The notes under the pieces are model-generated. The model had not been told where the DNA came from. It was given only the letters and a program-made list of their open reading frames with translations, and made no database searches. Below, piece by piece: positions 37,297 through 49,697 of a stretch of 64,000 nt of DNA; within the stretch, counting starts at the first letter, position 1, and each line of letters opens with the position of its first letter. This stretch comes from Octopus sinensis. Lineage: Eukaryota. A program made the position numbers and the translations under genes. The stretch covers positions 40,300,001 through 40,364,000 of the forward strand of contig NC_042999.1 in NCBI RefSeq assembly GCF_006345805.1, in the 5' to 3' direction.

Positions 37297-39075
37297 TTAA
37301 TGTGAATTTCTCTGTATCAGTATGTTCGGATGGTTGAGTCTGAGCTTGTACTTTTCAATGAAGAATGTTTCCTTGTTTAGTCTAATTTGTGTTGATGATC
37401 CAAAAGCACATTGGTAAAATGGAAAGATTAAAAATTGTGGTAGTAGTTGCTTTGCGCATTTCTCAATGTGCTCACTAAAAGGTATCATTCTATATTCTGG
37501 GAATGCAATCTGTTGTCGATGCAGTGTGCATCTACGTCTGAGTGATAGACCCGTGGAACCCACGTAGTCTTGGTGGCAGCCCGAGCATTTTATGACATAA
37601 ATTATCTTTTCAGAGGCACAAGTAAAGTTAGATTTGATCTTGAATTTCTGTCCCTCTTTAAAGAGGAATTCTGATCCTTCTAGCAGGTTAGGACATGTTG
37701 TACAGTTCGATCTACCACATTTTTTTACTTTTGCATCCGTAATTTCAGAAGACAATTTTGCCTTTGTGAGAATCTTTTTAAGTGATTTAGTCTGTTTGTA
37801 GCTTTTAATGATTTGGTGTATGTTTAGAATTTCCTTTAATTTGGGGTTTTTATGAAGTATTGGTAAATTCTGGGTGATGATGGTGAAGGCTTCTTTGTTT
37901 CTGGGGTTGTATGTAGATATGTAAGGTAGTATTTTCGGGGAAGGTGTGTTGTTGTGTTGAACTTTTCTTAAAGTTTCTATGTTGATTTCTGTTGCACGTC
38001 TGATCCCATCCTCTATGAGTTGAGCTGGGTAATGTCTGTCAATTAGGGTGTTTTTGAGTTCTTGCAGTCTAAAGTTCCTGGTATTTTGTTCTGACACTAT
38101 TGTGCATATCCTTCTTGCAAGGTTGAAGGGGATGTTTGTTTTAGTGTGTCTTGGGTGGCATGAATTAAAGAGAAGGTATTGTTTGGCGTCTGTGGCTTTG
38201 TAGAAAATGTCTGTTTCTATTTTAAGGTTAATTCTTTTAATTAGTATATCCAAGAACGGGAGCTCCTTTTGGTTGTATTCCATTGTGAACTGTATATTTG
38301 GGTTTATGCTGTTCAATAGGTTTTTAAATTTTAGGAGTTTATCTGTGTTTTCATTCCAGAGAATAAAACAATCGTCTAAGAATCGTTTCCAGTTCTCTTT
38401 TATGTTTTGAGAGAGGGGATTTCCAAAGATTGATAAAGATTCCTGGTAAATGATTATTTCCATGTACCCCATCGTTAAGTTCGCAATGACTGGTGCTGCC
38501 CTTGTACCCATAGCAATTCCGGATTTTTGACGGTAAAATGTATTGTCAAACATGAAGTGGTTATTGTGTAGGATGAATTCAATTGATTTAGTAATGAATT
38601 CTTTACTGATCCTTTTTGGTATTTCTTCCGGAAATTGGTCTAACCAGAATTGTATTGCCTCCAGTCCATAATTATGAGGTATACTGGTATACAAGTTGAC
38701 TACATCAAATGAAACCAGGATTGTTTCTTCCTTGGCTTTTTTTGGAAGGTGGTTTAACATATCTAAGTCATCTCTGATATGGCTATCGATATGTTTAAGG
38801 AAGGGTTTCAGGAGGATGTCCATAAGTAGACTTAGTCTGTGTGTTTCACAGGTTGGGCCAGCTACAATGGGTCGTAGTTTTAGGTCCCCCGGGTTAGGTG
38901 TGTGTATGTATGTCTTTGGTGATTTTTTAATGGTTTCATTTATAATTTGACTTTTATGAATTTTTGGCAGACCATAGAAAAGGCTAGGTTTGCATTTAAA
39001 GTTTGTTAGGAAGTCAATCTCTTTGGTTGTTAGTTCTTTTTCATGGGTTTTAATTAGTGAAGATAGAGTTTTCAT
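37297..39075 (-). CDS. PLE reverse transcriptase plus GIY-YIG endonuclease (592 aa, uninterrupted)
   Basis: FYGLPKIHKS, LRPIVAG, SFDVVNLYTSIP, GIAMGTRAAP, RFLDDCF, LPFLD, SCHP, CGRSNCTTC, IIYVIKCSGCHQDYVGST..RCTLHRQQI, ETFFIEKYK..LN. Confidence 0.95.
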   Translation of the reverse strand: MKTLSSLIKTHEKELTTKEIDFLTNFKCKPSLFYGLPKIHKSQIINETIKKSPKTYIHTPNPGDLKLRPIVAGPTCETHRLSLLMDILLKPFLKHIDSHIRDDLDMLNHLPKKAKEETILVSFDVVNLYTSIPHNYGLEAIQFWLDQFPEEIPKRISKEFITKSIEFILHNNHFMFDNTFYRQKSGIAMGTRAAPVIANLTMGYMEIIIYQESLSIFGNPLSQNIKENWKRFLDDCFILWNENTDKLLKFKNLLNSINPNIQFTMEYNQKELPFLDILIKRINLKIETDIFYKATDAKQYLLFNSCHPRHTKTNIPFNLARRICTIVSEQNTRNFRLQELKNTLIDRHYPAQLIEDGIRRATEINIETLRKVQHNNTPSPKILPYISTYNPRNKEAFTIITQNLPILHKNPKLKEILNIHQIIKSYKQTKSLKKILTKAKLSSEITDAKVKKCGRSNCTTCPNLLEGSEFLFKEGQKFKIKSNFTCASEKIIYVIKCSGCHQDYVGSTGLSLRRRCTLHRQQIAFPEYRMIPFSEHIEKCAKQLLPQFLIFPFYQCAFGSSTQIRLNKETFFIEKYKLRLNHPNILIQRNSH

Positions 39076-39523
39076 TAGTTTTTGTGGGGTGTAGTTGGTA
39101 ATTTTTCATAATGTAGGTCGTCATCAAGCAAGGAAATTACAAGATTTCTGTAGTATGATGTATCCATTATTACAACTGCATTTCCCTTGTCTGCTTCCTT
39201 AATGGTTATATCCTCATCATTTTGAAGTTCTATCAGTTCTTTCCATTGTGTAGTGTTAAAATTTGAGTTACCTTTCTGTTTATGTATAGTATGGTAGGGG
39301 AAGTTCTCAATGTGGTTACAGAATTCGTCAAGATCTTTATTTCTTCCTCTGTGTGGGATGTGTTCACTTTTGTTCTTGACTAGTGATTCATCTTCAGTAT
39401 TGAAAAGTTGAGTTGATGCTTTGCTAGTCTTATTTTCTGCAAAATCTGTTATATTATCCTTGATTTCATTTAGGTTGGCTCTGTGGAGTTGGTGTAAACT
39501 TGAGCCCTTTTGAGAGGATGTCA

Positions 39524-39524
<1 letters not shown>
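39075..39524 (-). CDS. N-terminal part of the same PLE ORF, offset by a 1-nt frameshift
   Basis: RGRNKDLD..IKEADKGNAVVIMD..YEKL. Adding one A near 39095 gives YEKLPNYTPQKLMKTL. Confidence 0.85.
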
Positions 39525-39562
<38 letters not shown>

Positions 39563-39596
39563 ATATACACATATATATATATGTATATATAATATA

Positions 39597-39633
<37 letters not shown>

Positions 39634-39641
<8 letters not shown>

Positions 39642-39911
39642 ATTGTGAATTGAAGAAATGGAGCTGAACGCAGATTGAACAGAAATCGTTTATTTTCATT
39701 CTACAGTGTTTCGAAAGGCACAAATTACCAAAATCCGATTGAATAATGGGACCATATTGTGTCTTTCTCTTCAGGAAGAAAAAAGGAAATCCGTTAGAGA
39801 AACAAAAACAGAACAGAGGCGGAGCAAAACCAAATCGAACTATGCTCCTAAGAGCCCATGGCGAAACTTTTGATTAATCTACAACAAGATTATTCATCTT
39901 TCTATTCACAT
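39634..39911 (-). mobile_element. Short HHR-bearing non-coding unit between two (TA)n arrays
   Basis: ~280 bp unique sequence bounded by TA arrays; contains the HHR listed next. Confidence 0.7.
39698..39778 (-). ncRNA. Type I hammerhead with extended stem II
   Basis: UUC-CUGAAGA-GAAAG acacaa...uuugug c CUUUC-GAAA-CAC UG-U-A-GAA; canonical core and G10.1-C11.1 pair. Confidence 0.75.
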
Positions 39912-39944
<33 letters not shown>

Positions 39945-40878
39945 TATATTATATATATATATATATATATGTATGCATGTATATATTTATATATATATAT
40001 ATATAAATGTATGTATGTGTCTGTGAATGAGTGCGTATATGTGTATATGTGACTATATGGCACAGTCGCATATCTTTTTAGCTATCATCAAAAATATTAT
40101 TGAACTGAAGATGTTAATACATAAAACATTTATGTGTTGGACAGTAACCATTATATTTCCTTCGTCGCAACACTTACTGAATCCGACAGAATCTCAGAAA
40201 TATGCTCACACATAGAGACAGTCACAGAAGTAATCTTCAAATCTGAATACTTTATTTTGTATCAGAGCATCACCACCATCAACACACTTCACTATGGAAG
40301 AACATTTTGCAATCTTTTGCTTGCACAAATATGTTTTCTCTAGTTGTCACCATGGATCTTAATTTTTATACGTTTAGTTTTTCCTATAAGATTTTCTTTC
40401 CTAATTACTATTATTTTTTTCGCGTAAAGAATACAATAAGCAAATCCGATTAGGTGAAGATGAATTTTATGCGCAATTACACCATCGCGAAATCACACAT
40501 ATTCACACGCAAAGAGACACTCTCAAACACATACACACCTACATACACTCATGCACACAAACAAAAAAAACACAGCCCACGAAGACACAAGCCCTCACGT
40601 GCGGAAACACCCACACATAATGATAAGGTTGTATTGATATTACCACATAAACCTTGGATCTGATGAGTCTTGGTAAATTTTTAACAGTTATAGATTGTCG
40701 AAAATGTGATGATACTTGGTGCACAAACGTCTCAGACATTTACCATGCTGCGTTCGTTGTGTGTATGTGTTATGCTTATTTCTCTCCCAGATACTTTGAC
40801 TCCCATAGTTGCTACATTTGCCACGCTTTCTATTTGATCTCTTTCAATCTTTCTGTCTCCATCTCTCCCTTCCCATCT

Positions 40879-40980
<102 letters not shown>

Positions 40981-41448
40981 TATATATATATTCGTATGTA
41001 TGTATGTATGTATGTATGTATGTATGTATGTATGTATGTAGTATGTATGTATGTATGTATGTATGTATGTATAAGCAGAAATTGGAGAACACAGATCAAC
41101 ACACAAACAAATTAACCAATGTTGGTTAATTATTTCACTGAGTGAGAGATTCCGGAAGTTTTATAAGTTATTTATAAATTTAACCTTTAAAGGTCTTTTT
41201 TAATATGCTGGCCATTGATAATTTTTTTTCGAAAAGTTTTATCCTATATTAGATATAAATTTAATAGTGTTCACTTCCGGACTCTCTCACTCTGTGGAAG
41301 TTTCTAGTTCGAATCGCACGTGTCTCGAGATGTGCTGGAGATTTTCTATTTTGGATATATTTGGGGTACTTAGGTCTGCTCATGACATAGTGCTTGCTTT
41401 TTCTATGGGTATGAGTAAGTATTTCATTTATGTCTTACGTGTTTATCG

Positions 41449-41495
41449 CTGACGAGGAGAAAATTCTTATGAATAACTCTGAAATTGGGACCAAT
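41449..41495 (+). ncRNA. Degenerate hammerhead-like motif
   Basis: CUGACGA-GGAG...CUCU-GAAA-uugg; the UH site is degenerate. Confidence 0.35.
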
Positions 41496-41529
41496 ACGGT
41501 AATAACGGAATTTTTTAGAAATTTCTGTC

Positions 41530-42925
41530 GGCTTGTTTCGAGGCGCATGTTAATAGTAATAAATTATAATGGGTATTGACTATTTGTCTATTTTCGGCAC
41601 ATTTGGCATTAGAATTTTTTCCTACATGAGTCATGTAAGAAAGGAAAGATTAGGAACATTTTCTCGCCACATGTTTCTATATGTTCGCTCAATGGAATCT
41701 AGCGAACATTAGTGTTCCGGATTTGTTGTCTGTGGACTCGTAAGCGTTCCAATAATGCATTCCCTGTCTCACCAATATACAGTTCCTCACAATTAGGTCA
41801 TTTTAAGCAGTACATCAAATTTCTGCCTTTGCAGTTAATATTTGCATTTGTGAAAATCTGTCCATTTTTTGTTCTAATAAATCTACCAGTATGCATGTAT
41901 TGACACGATCCAAATCTATTATCGTTATATTTGGTCGCTGTGAATGTCTTATGCTATCTATTGATGTTGAATTTTGCCTTTGTTAGTAGTTCTTTTACGG
42001 TGGGCGGTTGCTTATCTGCTTAATACAAGTGCTTGATTAGTTATTTAAAAAAATTTTTAGTTATTTTTAAAAAAATTTCACTTTGTTTCTTGCTTGGCAT
42101 ATTTGTTTTGCTGATGTTGAAAACATTTTGGTTATGTGTATCTTGTGTATCTTGTACTTGAAATGGTATTATGTTCCGTTGAACGGCTCGCTTTCCTCGT
42201 GTTGCCGTAAGTTGTTCTGTAGGTTACTCTTTTGCTCGTTGTATGCTTATTTTCTATAAGCAGGAGAGGGAATTTTTGCTTCAGCAGTAATCATTTGAGT
42301 TCTATATGTCGTATGTTCCTGTTATTTGGATCTTCTACTAGAGTACAATTTTTCCTGATTAGACAGTACAGGATGTTGTGTCTTGTGTGAGGCATGATTT
42401 GAAATGTAGGTACTGGTGTGTATCAGTGCTTTTGTAATGAATATCAGTTGTAATTGTGGTGTTGTTTTTAATTATCATTATGTCAAGATATGGTAATTGC
42501 GTGTTTCTCATTGCTCTTGTGAATTTGAGACTAGAGTGTAGATTGTTGAGGAGGATGCTGAATTCTACCAGATTTTCAAGGGATTTGGTCCAAATTAGGA
42601 AGCAATCCTCGAGGTATCTTTTCCATGAGTCCTCTATATGTTTCTAAAGGCCATACCGTAGTTTTCTTCAGTTTCTTTATATAGAGCGTTTGTTCCAAGT
42701 ATCCCAATGCTGAGTTCGCAAAACCTAGAGCAAGTCGTGTCATCATAGCTGTCCCTCGAATTTGGAGGTAGTTCTTTTCGTTGAAAAGGAATGTATTGTT
42801 TTCGAGGATGAGGCTGACTGCGCTTAGTTTGAAGGTTACATAAAATCTCCTGAGGATCACTTCTCTGTGTTTCTCTACCCAATATTTTATGGTAATAATT
42901 AACAAACCATGCGGCGTTCATTTTG
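41530..42925 (-). mobile_element. Old degenerate Neptune-type PLE (RT C-half plus GIY-YIG)
   Basis: ILENNTFLFNEKNYLQIRGTAM; LPYLDIMII..TDIHYKSTDTHQYLHFKSC; PNCEELYIGETGNALLERLRVHRQQIR; many stops and frameshifts. Confidence 0.85.
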
Positions 42926-43634
42926 TTATTTTTAAATCTTTCAGAGAGGAAGTAAGAGAGTGAGAGAGAGAGAGATAGAGAGAGAGAACGAATGAATGAA
43001 ACAGTGAGGGGTGACGGCGTTCGTTTTCTTTTTGGAAATGTTTATCACATCGCAAGAAAAGTAGATACATAGATCTAAAAAAGTGCATACATAGATATAT
43101 ACACACATTGTTAAATTAAAGTGGGAGAGAGGAGGAACACATAGGAAGTGAAAGAGAAAGTGAGAACGACAGTAGATACATAGATGCAAGAAAGTTTGCT
43201 ACACAGTAAATATTTGATGTCAACTTCACTTTTCATTACCACACGAGGATAAAATTAACAAGCAAGTGACTGTGTACTCCACAGACATGCATATCATAAA
43301 CGTAGTTCTCAAGGAGATTCAGCCTCACACAGAATACGACAAGGCTGACTCCTTTCAATTACAGCTACAATTTATTTGGCTAGCTGACTGGACTGCAGTA
43401 AGATAAACTTTCAAATGACTGAAAGTAAATGAAAACAGATCCTACATAGGGGCAGGAAGATCATTTTAGTTGGCAGGGTCACTATGAGTGTTACTCGGAC
43501 CTAACGACGACGTTTATGGGTCTCACAGATCTGAAGGCCAAGCCCCCAGATAAAAACCGATTCGCAGGCCATTGTTATCAAACTAAGCGTGAGTCGACGG
43601 CGAATACATAGCTGAACAGCAATTATTTCGTCTT

Positions 43635-43940
43635 AGCTTTCGGTTACGACTACGAGGTTTCTGTTTTACTGATCTAAGAACAGTCTGCTCGTAAATTTAA
43701 CGCGCAAGTGAGTGAGTACTCCACAGACATGCATGAGGAAGTTCTCGGGGAGATTCAGCCTCACACAGTATGTGTTAAAGCTGGCCCCTTTGAATTACAG
43801 CTACAACTCACTTTTGCCAACAGAGTGGACTGCAGCAAGGCGAAGTAGAGTACCTTGCTTAAAAATACAGCTCGCCGCAAGGGATCGTACTCGTGACTTT
43901 ACGATCGGAGGTCGAATACTCCTAACCACTGAGCCACACA
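43635..43940 (-). mobile_element. SINE family C (different head/core, same tail ii as 30187-30564)
   Basis: gtgtggctcagtggttagg head, agcaaggtactctacttc..cagtccactc core, tail ..cgagcagactgttc..gtcgtaaccga. Confidence 0.75.
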
Positions 43941-44359
43941 CCTTCACTCTCTTAACCGTAGAGGAAAGGAGTGAAACGATAGAGACAGAGAAAGGAAAGC
44001 CTCAGTCATTTACAGACACAATTAGACTGAAATACAATCAGTCGTTGCTAGCTTCTTTAATTTTAACAATGAAGAAAGAAGAGCGAACGACATATAGTAA
44101 TGAATAGAGGGGAAAATCTTTCAGGTGTTTAAATTTTTATTCTGGGAGTTCTTTCTCCCACTGCCGGTACCTATTTACCTTCTTTCACAATTTTTCATGT
44201 CTTTTAGTTGGGCGAGTTGGAAGGTCATGATCTTTTTTTTTTTTTTTTTGAGACACGTTTAACGTTTTCTCTACAGACTCCAAACAAACACTCACCATCC
44301 CGAACGGGCTATAGCTGTGAAAAAAGTCCAGAAAAAAATGGGTAATACCACCAACAAAA

Positions 44360-44862
44360 TGGCTGGGGGGAGAAAAATTGCTATCGGGTGGCTACACGAA
44401 ATTTAACTCTATACCTTAAAGAGTGTTTTCTAAAATAGCATCGGGCCGACCAAAGTGAATGAATTTGGTAGACGGAAAATGAAACAATCCCATCATATAT
44501 ATATATATATCACGTGATCACGTGACCCACCAGACCATCAGATGTTACACATCGCTGGTCACAATGCGCTTCGCATTGTTTTAGCCTTTGAATGACGCCA
44601 CCCCGCTGGCTAAGCGAGCAGGCCAATATATATATATATATATTGTATATTTATATGTGTGTGTTTGAGTCTGTGTTTGTCCCCAGCCACCATTGTTTGA
44701 CGCCTTATGTTGGTTTGTTTGAGTCACCGTAACTTAGTTGTTTGACAGAATGGATGATTGGATAAGCACCAGGCTTACAGGGAATAAGTCGATTTCTTCG
44801 ACTAAAGTGCGATGCTTCAGCACGATCAGTCAAATAGCTGAAACAAGTAAAAAATTAAAGAA
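44360..44862 (+). mobile_element. SINE family D copy with a SINE-B tail iii fragment (44509-44624) nested in its internal (TA)n
   Basis: cgggccgaccaaag..tttggtagacggaaa, (TA)n, inserted cacgtgatcacgtga.., (TA)n, tttgtcccc..gaaacaagtaaaa. Confidence 0.75.
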
Positions 44863-45244
44863 TACAAGAAGTACGTTCCGTACCATCAAGCCATGAAGAT
44901 CCTTTAGATATGTACGATGGATTTTAAGACTATATAGTAACTCTATTTGCTTAACTGAGATATTTTGGTTGCATTGTATAGTTATCGTGTTTACAATTCT
45001 ATCGATATTCTGTAACTGACAAAATACAGGAAAATTTCTCATGGCACTAGCATACAATTTACAGAAGCATACATTTAAAAAAATATTTTTCGTGAATTCT
45101 TCACGGTCCAGCAAGTATATATTAATATATGTGTGTATGTACGTTTGTAAGTATGTGTAGCGAATTAGTTGAAAATACCAAAGTTATTTCAGTTTTTTCC
45201 CATTGTATTCGTTTTTACACTGAACAATAACAAAAGCAGCGTCA

Positions 45245-45249
45245 ACAAT

Positions 45250-45307
<58 letters not shown>

Positions 45308-45331
45308 GGTGGTGGTGGTGGTGGTGGTGGG

Positions 45332-45384
<53 letters not shown>

Positions 45385-45385
45385 C
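45245..45385 (+). repeat. (TAG)n-(TGG)n-(TAG)n compound microsatellite
   Basis: Direct reading. Confidence 0.98.
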
Positions 45386-45395
45386 ACGACCACCA

Positions 45396-45632
45396 TTACC
45401 TATTTCTTTACTACCCACAAGGGGCTAAACACAGAGGGGACAAACAAGGACAGACAAAGGTATTAAGTCAATTACATCGACCCCAGTACGCAACTGGTAC
45501 TTAATTTATCGACCCCGAAATGATGAAAGGCAAAGTCGACCTCGGCGGAATTTGAACTCAGAACGTAACGGCAGACGAAATACAGTTACGCATTTCGCCC
45601 GACGTGCTAGCGATTCTGCCAGCTCACCGGCT
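45396..45632 (-). mobile_element. SINE family A copy
   Basis: Reverse complement of the 9894 monomer. Confidence 0.88.
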
Positions 45633-45822
45633 TTGTCGCCGCCCAATAATTCTGCCAGCACGACCACCATTACCACCATTGTTTGGATCATCAAAATCGT
45701 GAGCATCTTCGCTACCACGAACCTTTTAAGTTATCTGTATTATTTTTGTCTGCATTATTCAATACGGACATCTCTATCATTGCACCCCTGCTCTTTTAAC
45801 ATCCTATTCCACGCCGTGTCTA

Positions 45823-45870
<48 letters not shown>

Positions 45871-46034
45871 GATCATCGTTATCATCATTATTACATTGAT
45901 TTCATCCTTCGATGTCGATAAATTAAGTACCAGTCAAGTACTGGAACCGATGTGATCGACCATGCCACTCTCATCAAATTCCAGGCCTTGTGCCTATAGT
46001 AGAAAAAAAATTAATATTATTATTATTATTATTA

Positions 46035-46068
<34 letters not shown>

Positions 46069-46309
46069 GTTATTATTATTATTATTATTATTCAGTGGTG
46101 TTATTTTTATCACGTTCTTTCACTTCACTACCGAGCGCAGCTCTGTGTGCCTTGGGCATGTGCTGTGGTTTGTTGTGATGCTCTTATATTTAATGTATTG
46201 AAAGTGTTTTATGTAGGATGTATGCGCTACCTAGTAGTGCTATTTTCTGTATATCATATATATCTGTTAGTCCTGGTGTTTTTGTTATGTATTTATCTAA
46301 ATAGTTATT

Positions 46310-46666
46310 TTTTTATCATACCTGAAGTGCCTATTAGGATAAGAAATGTTTCTGCTTTTAGACTCCACATTCGAGTTATTTCTATTTCCAGGTCTTTGTA
46401 TTTTGAAAGTTTCTCCATTTCTTTTAGAGAAACGTTGTCATTTGCTGGTATTGTTACATCTATAAGAAAGCATTCTTTTTTTCTTGATGATCTCTGACAA
46501 CTATATCTGGCATATAGGCCTTACTTTCTCCGTGTGTCCCAGAGCATGGTTGCTTTCAGATTTTCTGTGACCTTTTCTGGTGTGTACCTATATCATCTTT
46601 TTTCTGTTGTTATCCCATTGTGTTAGTATAGCTTCCCGTGTATGTAGGTCCAAATCCTGTCGTGTT

Positions 46667-46668
<2 letters not shown>
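46310..46668 (-). mobile_element. Degenerate R4/Dong-type LINE fragment (restriction-like endonuclease)
   Basis: HDRIWTYIH..PEKVTEN..TMLWD..PDIVVRDHQEKECFLIDVTIPANDNVSLKEMEKLSKYKDLEIEITRMW; abuts (ATT)n. Confidence 0.85.
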
Positions 46669-46765
<97 letters not shown>

Positions 46766-46778
46766 CCGTCATCATCAC

Positions 46779-46844
<66 letters not shown>

Positions 46845-46877
46845 TATTATTATTATTATTGTTGTTGTTATTATTAA

Positions 46878-47090
46878 GGCGATAAGCTCACGGAATTACT
46901 AGCACACCGGACAAAATGCTTAGAAGTATCTCGTCCGTTTTTGCGTTCTGAATTTACATTCTACCGAGGTCGACTTTGCCTTTTATCATTCGTGATCGAT
47001 AATATGAGGACCCATTGATCACTGGAGACGATGTAAGCAACTTAGCCCCCACCCTATCAATCTGCTTGCCTTGAGCCAAAATTTGTAACT
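46878..47090 (+). mobile_element. SINE family A copy (diverged)
   Basis: ggcgataagctc..ttagcacaccggacaaaatgcttag..gaggtcgactttgcc. Confidence 0.75.
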
Positions 47091-47373
47091 ATTATCATCC
47101 TCATCATCATCATCATCACCACCATCATCATCATCACCATCATCATCACAATCGTCACTTTTATTTCGTCTCTCTCTGTCTGTTAATTTTCGAAGTTATC
47201 TAGTTTCCGAAAAGATACAAGTAATAGTTACAATTAGTTTATTTATACTAAAGATACTTTCTGTTTATATTGCTATACAATATATTTAAACGATAAATGC
47301 TCATTTCTTTAGCCGTTGGTTTTTTTTTTTTTTTGTTTGTCTTTGTTATTCGCAGCCGCAATAACAATTTTTA

Positions 47374-47426
<53 letters not shown>

Positions 47427-47427
<1 letters not shown>

Positions 47428-47873
47428 TTTGTTTTTCTTCTTTCAAATTTGCTTCCATTTCTTGCCGAGTGTCTTCCCGACTCCTAGGGCAAAGAAACTC
47501 ATAGTATACATTGGTAGGCCATAAAACCAAACTCAATAGTTCGTTCATTTTTTTTTTTTTAAGTTAAATTAAAATACATGAGCAGCAACAGTTCTCACAT
47601 CGACAATGCTCTTCTCAATACGTGTGATGTACCAGTTAAGACAATCTTTTGCACTTCTTGCAGGGATGGTAAGCCAGGGATCATTCTCATATAATTTTCG
47701 GTTCCCTTCTTGATCATTCCTAGTGCTCCTACGATCACTGGTATTGTAACCGCCTTGAGATGCCACATTTTCTCAATTTCAATGAGTAGGTCTTTATATT
47801 TTCTGAGCTTGTCAAACTCTTTCGCTGAGATATTATGATCACAGGGGAAACTCATGTCGATCAATAAGCAAAC

Positions 47874-47876
<3 letters not shown>
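47427..47876 (-). mobile_element. 5'-truncated R4/Dong-type LINE (RLE C-terminus, 3'UTR, (TAA)n tail) inside a (TAA)n array
   Basis: LLIDMSFPCDHNISAKEFDKLRKYKDLLIEIEKMWHLKAVTIPVIVGALGMIKKG..QKIVLTGTSHVLRRALSM*. Confidence 0.92.
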
Positions 47877-47923
<47 letters not shown>

Positions 47924-47931
47924 CATTATTA

Positions 47932-48060
47932 CTTTATTTTTCTTCTTTCAAATTTTCTTCCATTTCTTGCCGAGTGTCTTCCCGACTCCTAGGGCAAAGA
48001 AACTCATAGTGTATATTGGTAGGCCATTAAACCAGACTCAGTAGTTCGTTCATTTTTTTT
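47932..48060 (-). mobile_element. Second, shorter 3'UTR-only copy of the same R4/Dong element
   Basis: Closely matches 47427-47560; flanked by (TAA)n. Confidence 0.92.
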
Positions 48061-48102
48061 TATTATTATTATTATTATTATCATTATTATTATTATTATT
48101 AT

Positions 48103-48139
<37 letters not shown>

Positions 48140-48707
48140 GGTGGTGGTGGTGACGGTGGTCAATAGTATTAGTAGTAGTAGTAGACGAAGGAAGAGGAGG
48201 AATGGGTGTTGGTGGTGTTGATGGCGGTGGCAGGAAAAGTTGTAGGAGTGATGGTGGAAGGGGTCGATGATAGTAGCAGGTATAGTAATAGTCGTAGTAC
48301 TTGTAGCAGTAGTAGTAGTGGTAGCAGCAGCAGCAGCAGCAGTTGTTATTGTGTGAGAATATTAATTGATTTTATTTCGTTGTTGTGTTGTTTTTTTTTT
48401 TCATCTTTTAAGTTTTCATTAAAAGAAAACAGAAACAGAGAAAAACAAAAAAAAATTGACACGAAAAATTTTCTCTGAAGCAAAATAAGACATTAATGGT
48501 TTATATTTTTTCGGCAAGCAGTTATTGTTGCTCTTAGAGACATTGTTGATGCTGTTGCTGTTGTTATTGTTGTTGGTGTTGGTGGCGGTGGTGGTGGTGA
48601 TAGCGGTGGTGGATTTGATGTTGACTATATTTTGTTTGACTTCATGACTTTATCATTGTTTTTCCTTTGCTGCTGCTCCTTTTACGGTTTTTTGTCTATT
48701 TATTTAT

Positions 48708-48770
<63 letters not shown>

Positions 48771-49697
48771 TATTATTATTACTATTATTATTACTATCAT
48801 TATTACTATTATTTTCAACTCATAATGATTTCCTCCGAGAGAGTAATTCTCATATTAATATATCAATACAACTTAGGTAGGTAAGTACGCTTTTTACTTT
48901 TGTTTCCTTTTATCCGTCTCCTTAATCATAAACACAAATATATTATGAAAATATAGTCGATCAGGGCTATGAAATCCTAGAACAACATCGATTTCAGTTC
49001 TAAAATCAATAAACAGAGCATAATAACTTTTCTTTTATTACACTCAACATCACTATCAACAGCGTAAAATATTTGAAAAAAAAAAAGCAACATCACTGCA
49101 TTAAGTACTATATATTAATGAATCTATTAGGAAAGACCCTATCACCAATACTTCTTCCTACTACTTGTTTAACCTATATTTGTAACAATGAATACTTCCA
49201 GTAATTGTTGTATTCACTTTTGTTGATATTCTGTAATTTAGAATAATAAAGAAATAACCCAATACATACAAAAAAAAAGAAATGGTTTTTTTAAATAGTC
49301 GTTGGCAGGGATTAATCAATGGAAAACTAGGTCAGAAGGGTGTGACGAAAATCTAAAATAAGTATAATGGAATAAGACATATATACAGAAGTACAGCTAA
49401 TCATATGTAATACATCTATCCACGTTTTACGCGGGGATTTGGTTACAAAATAAACACAGCGTTAAATGAATCAATGATAAACAGGTTTACTTGTTTATAA
49501 ACACAGTTTATACATAGATAAAAGAAGTAAAATAGCAATTTCCTTTACGAAACGTGTATACTTAATAACCAACTCTATGCGATTTTTGAACACATCATTT
49601 CTTGTGGATGTGCAGTTACGCCAAAAATATATTCCCAGCATCGTATTTTGAATAGTTTTTCGTTATGGATAGCAAAGGAGAGATAAACGTGTTAAGC

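Larger units (their letters stand above)
36952..39524 (-). mobile_element. Neptune-type Penelope-like retroelement, 5'-truncated, inserted in (TA)n
   Basis: RT plus C-terminal GIY-YIG with a Cys-rich linker; 3'UTR with HHR-like motif; (TA)n at both ends. Confidence 0.92.
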
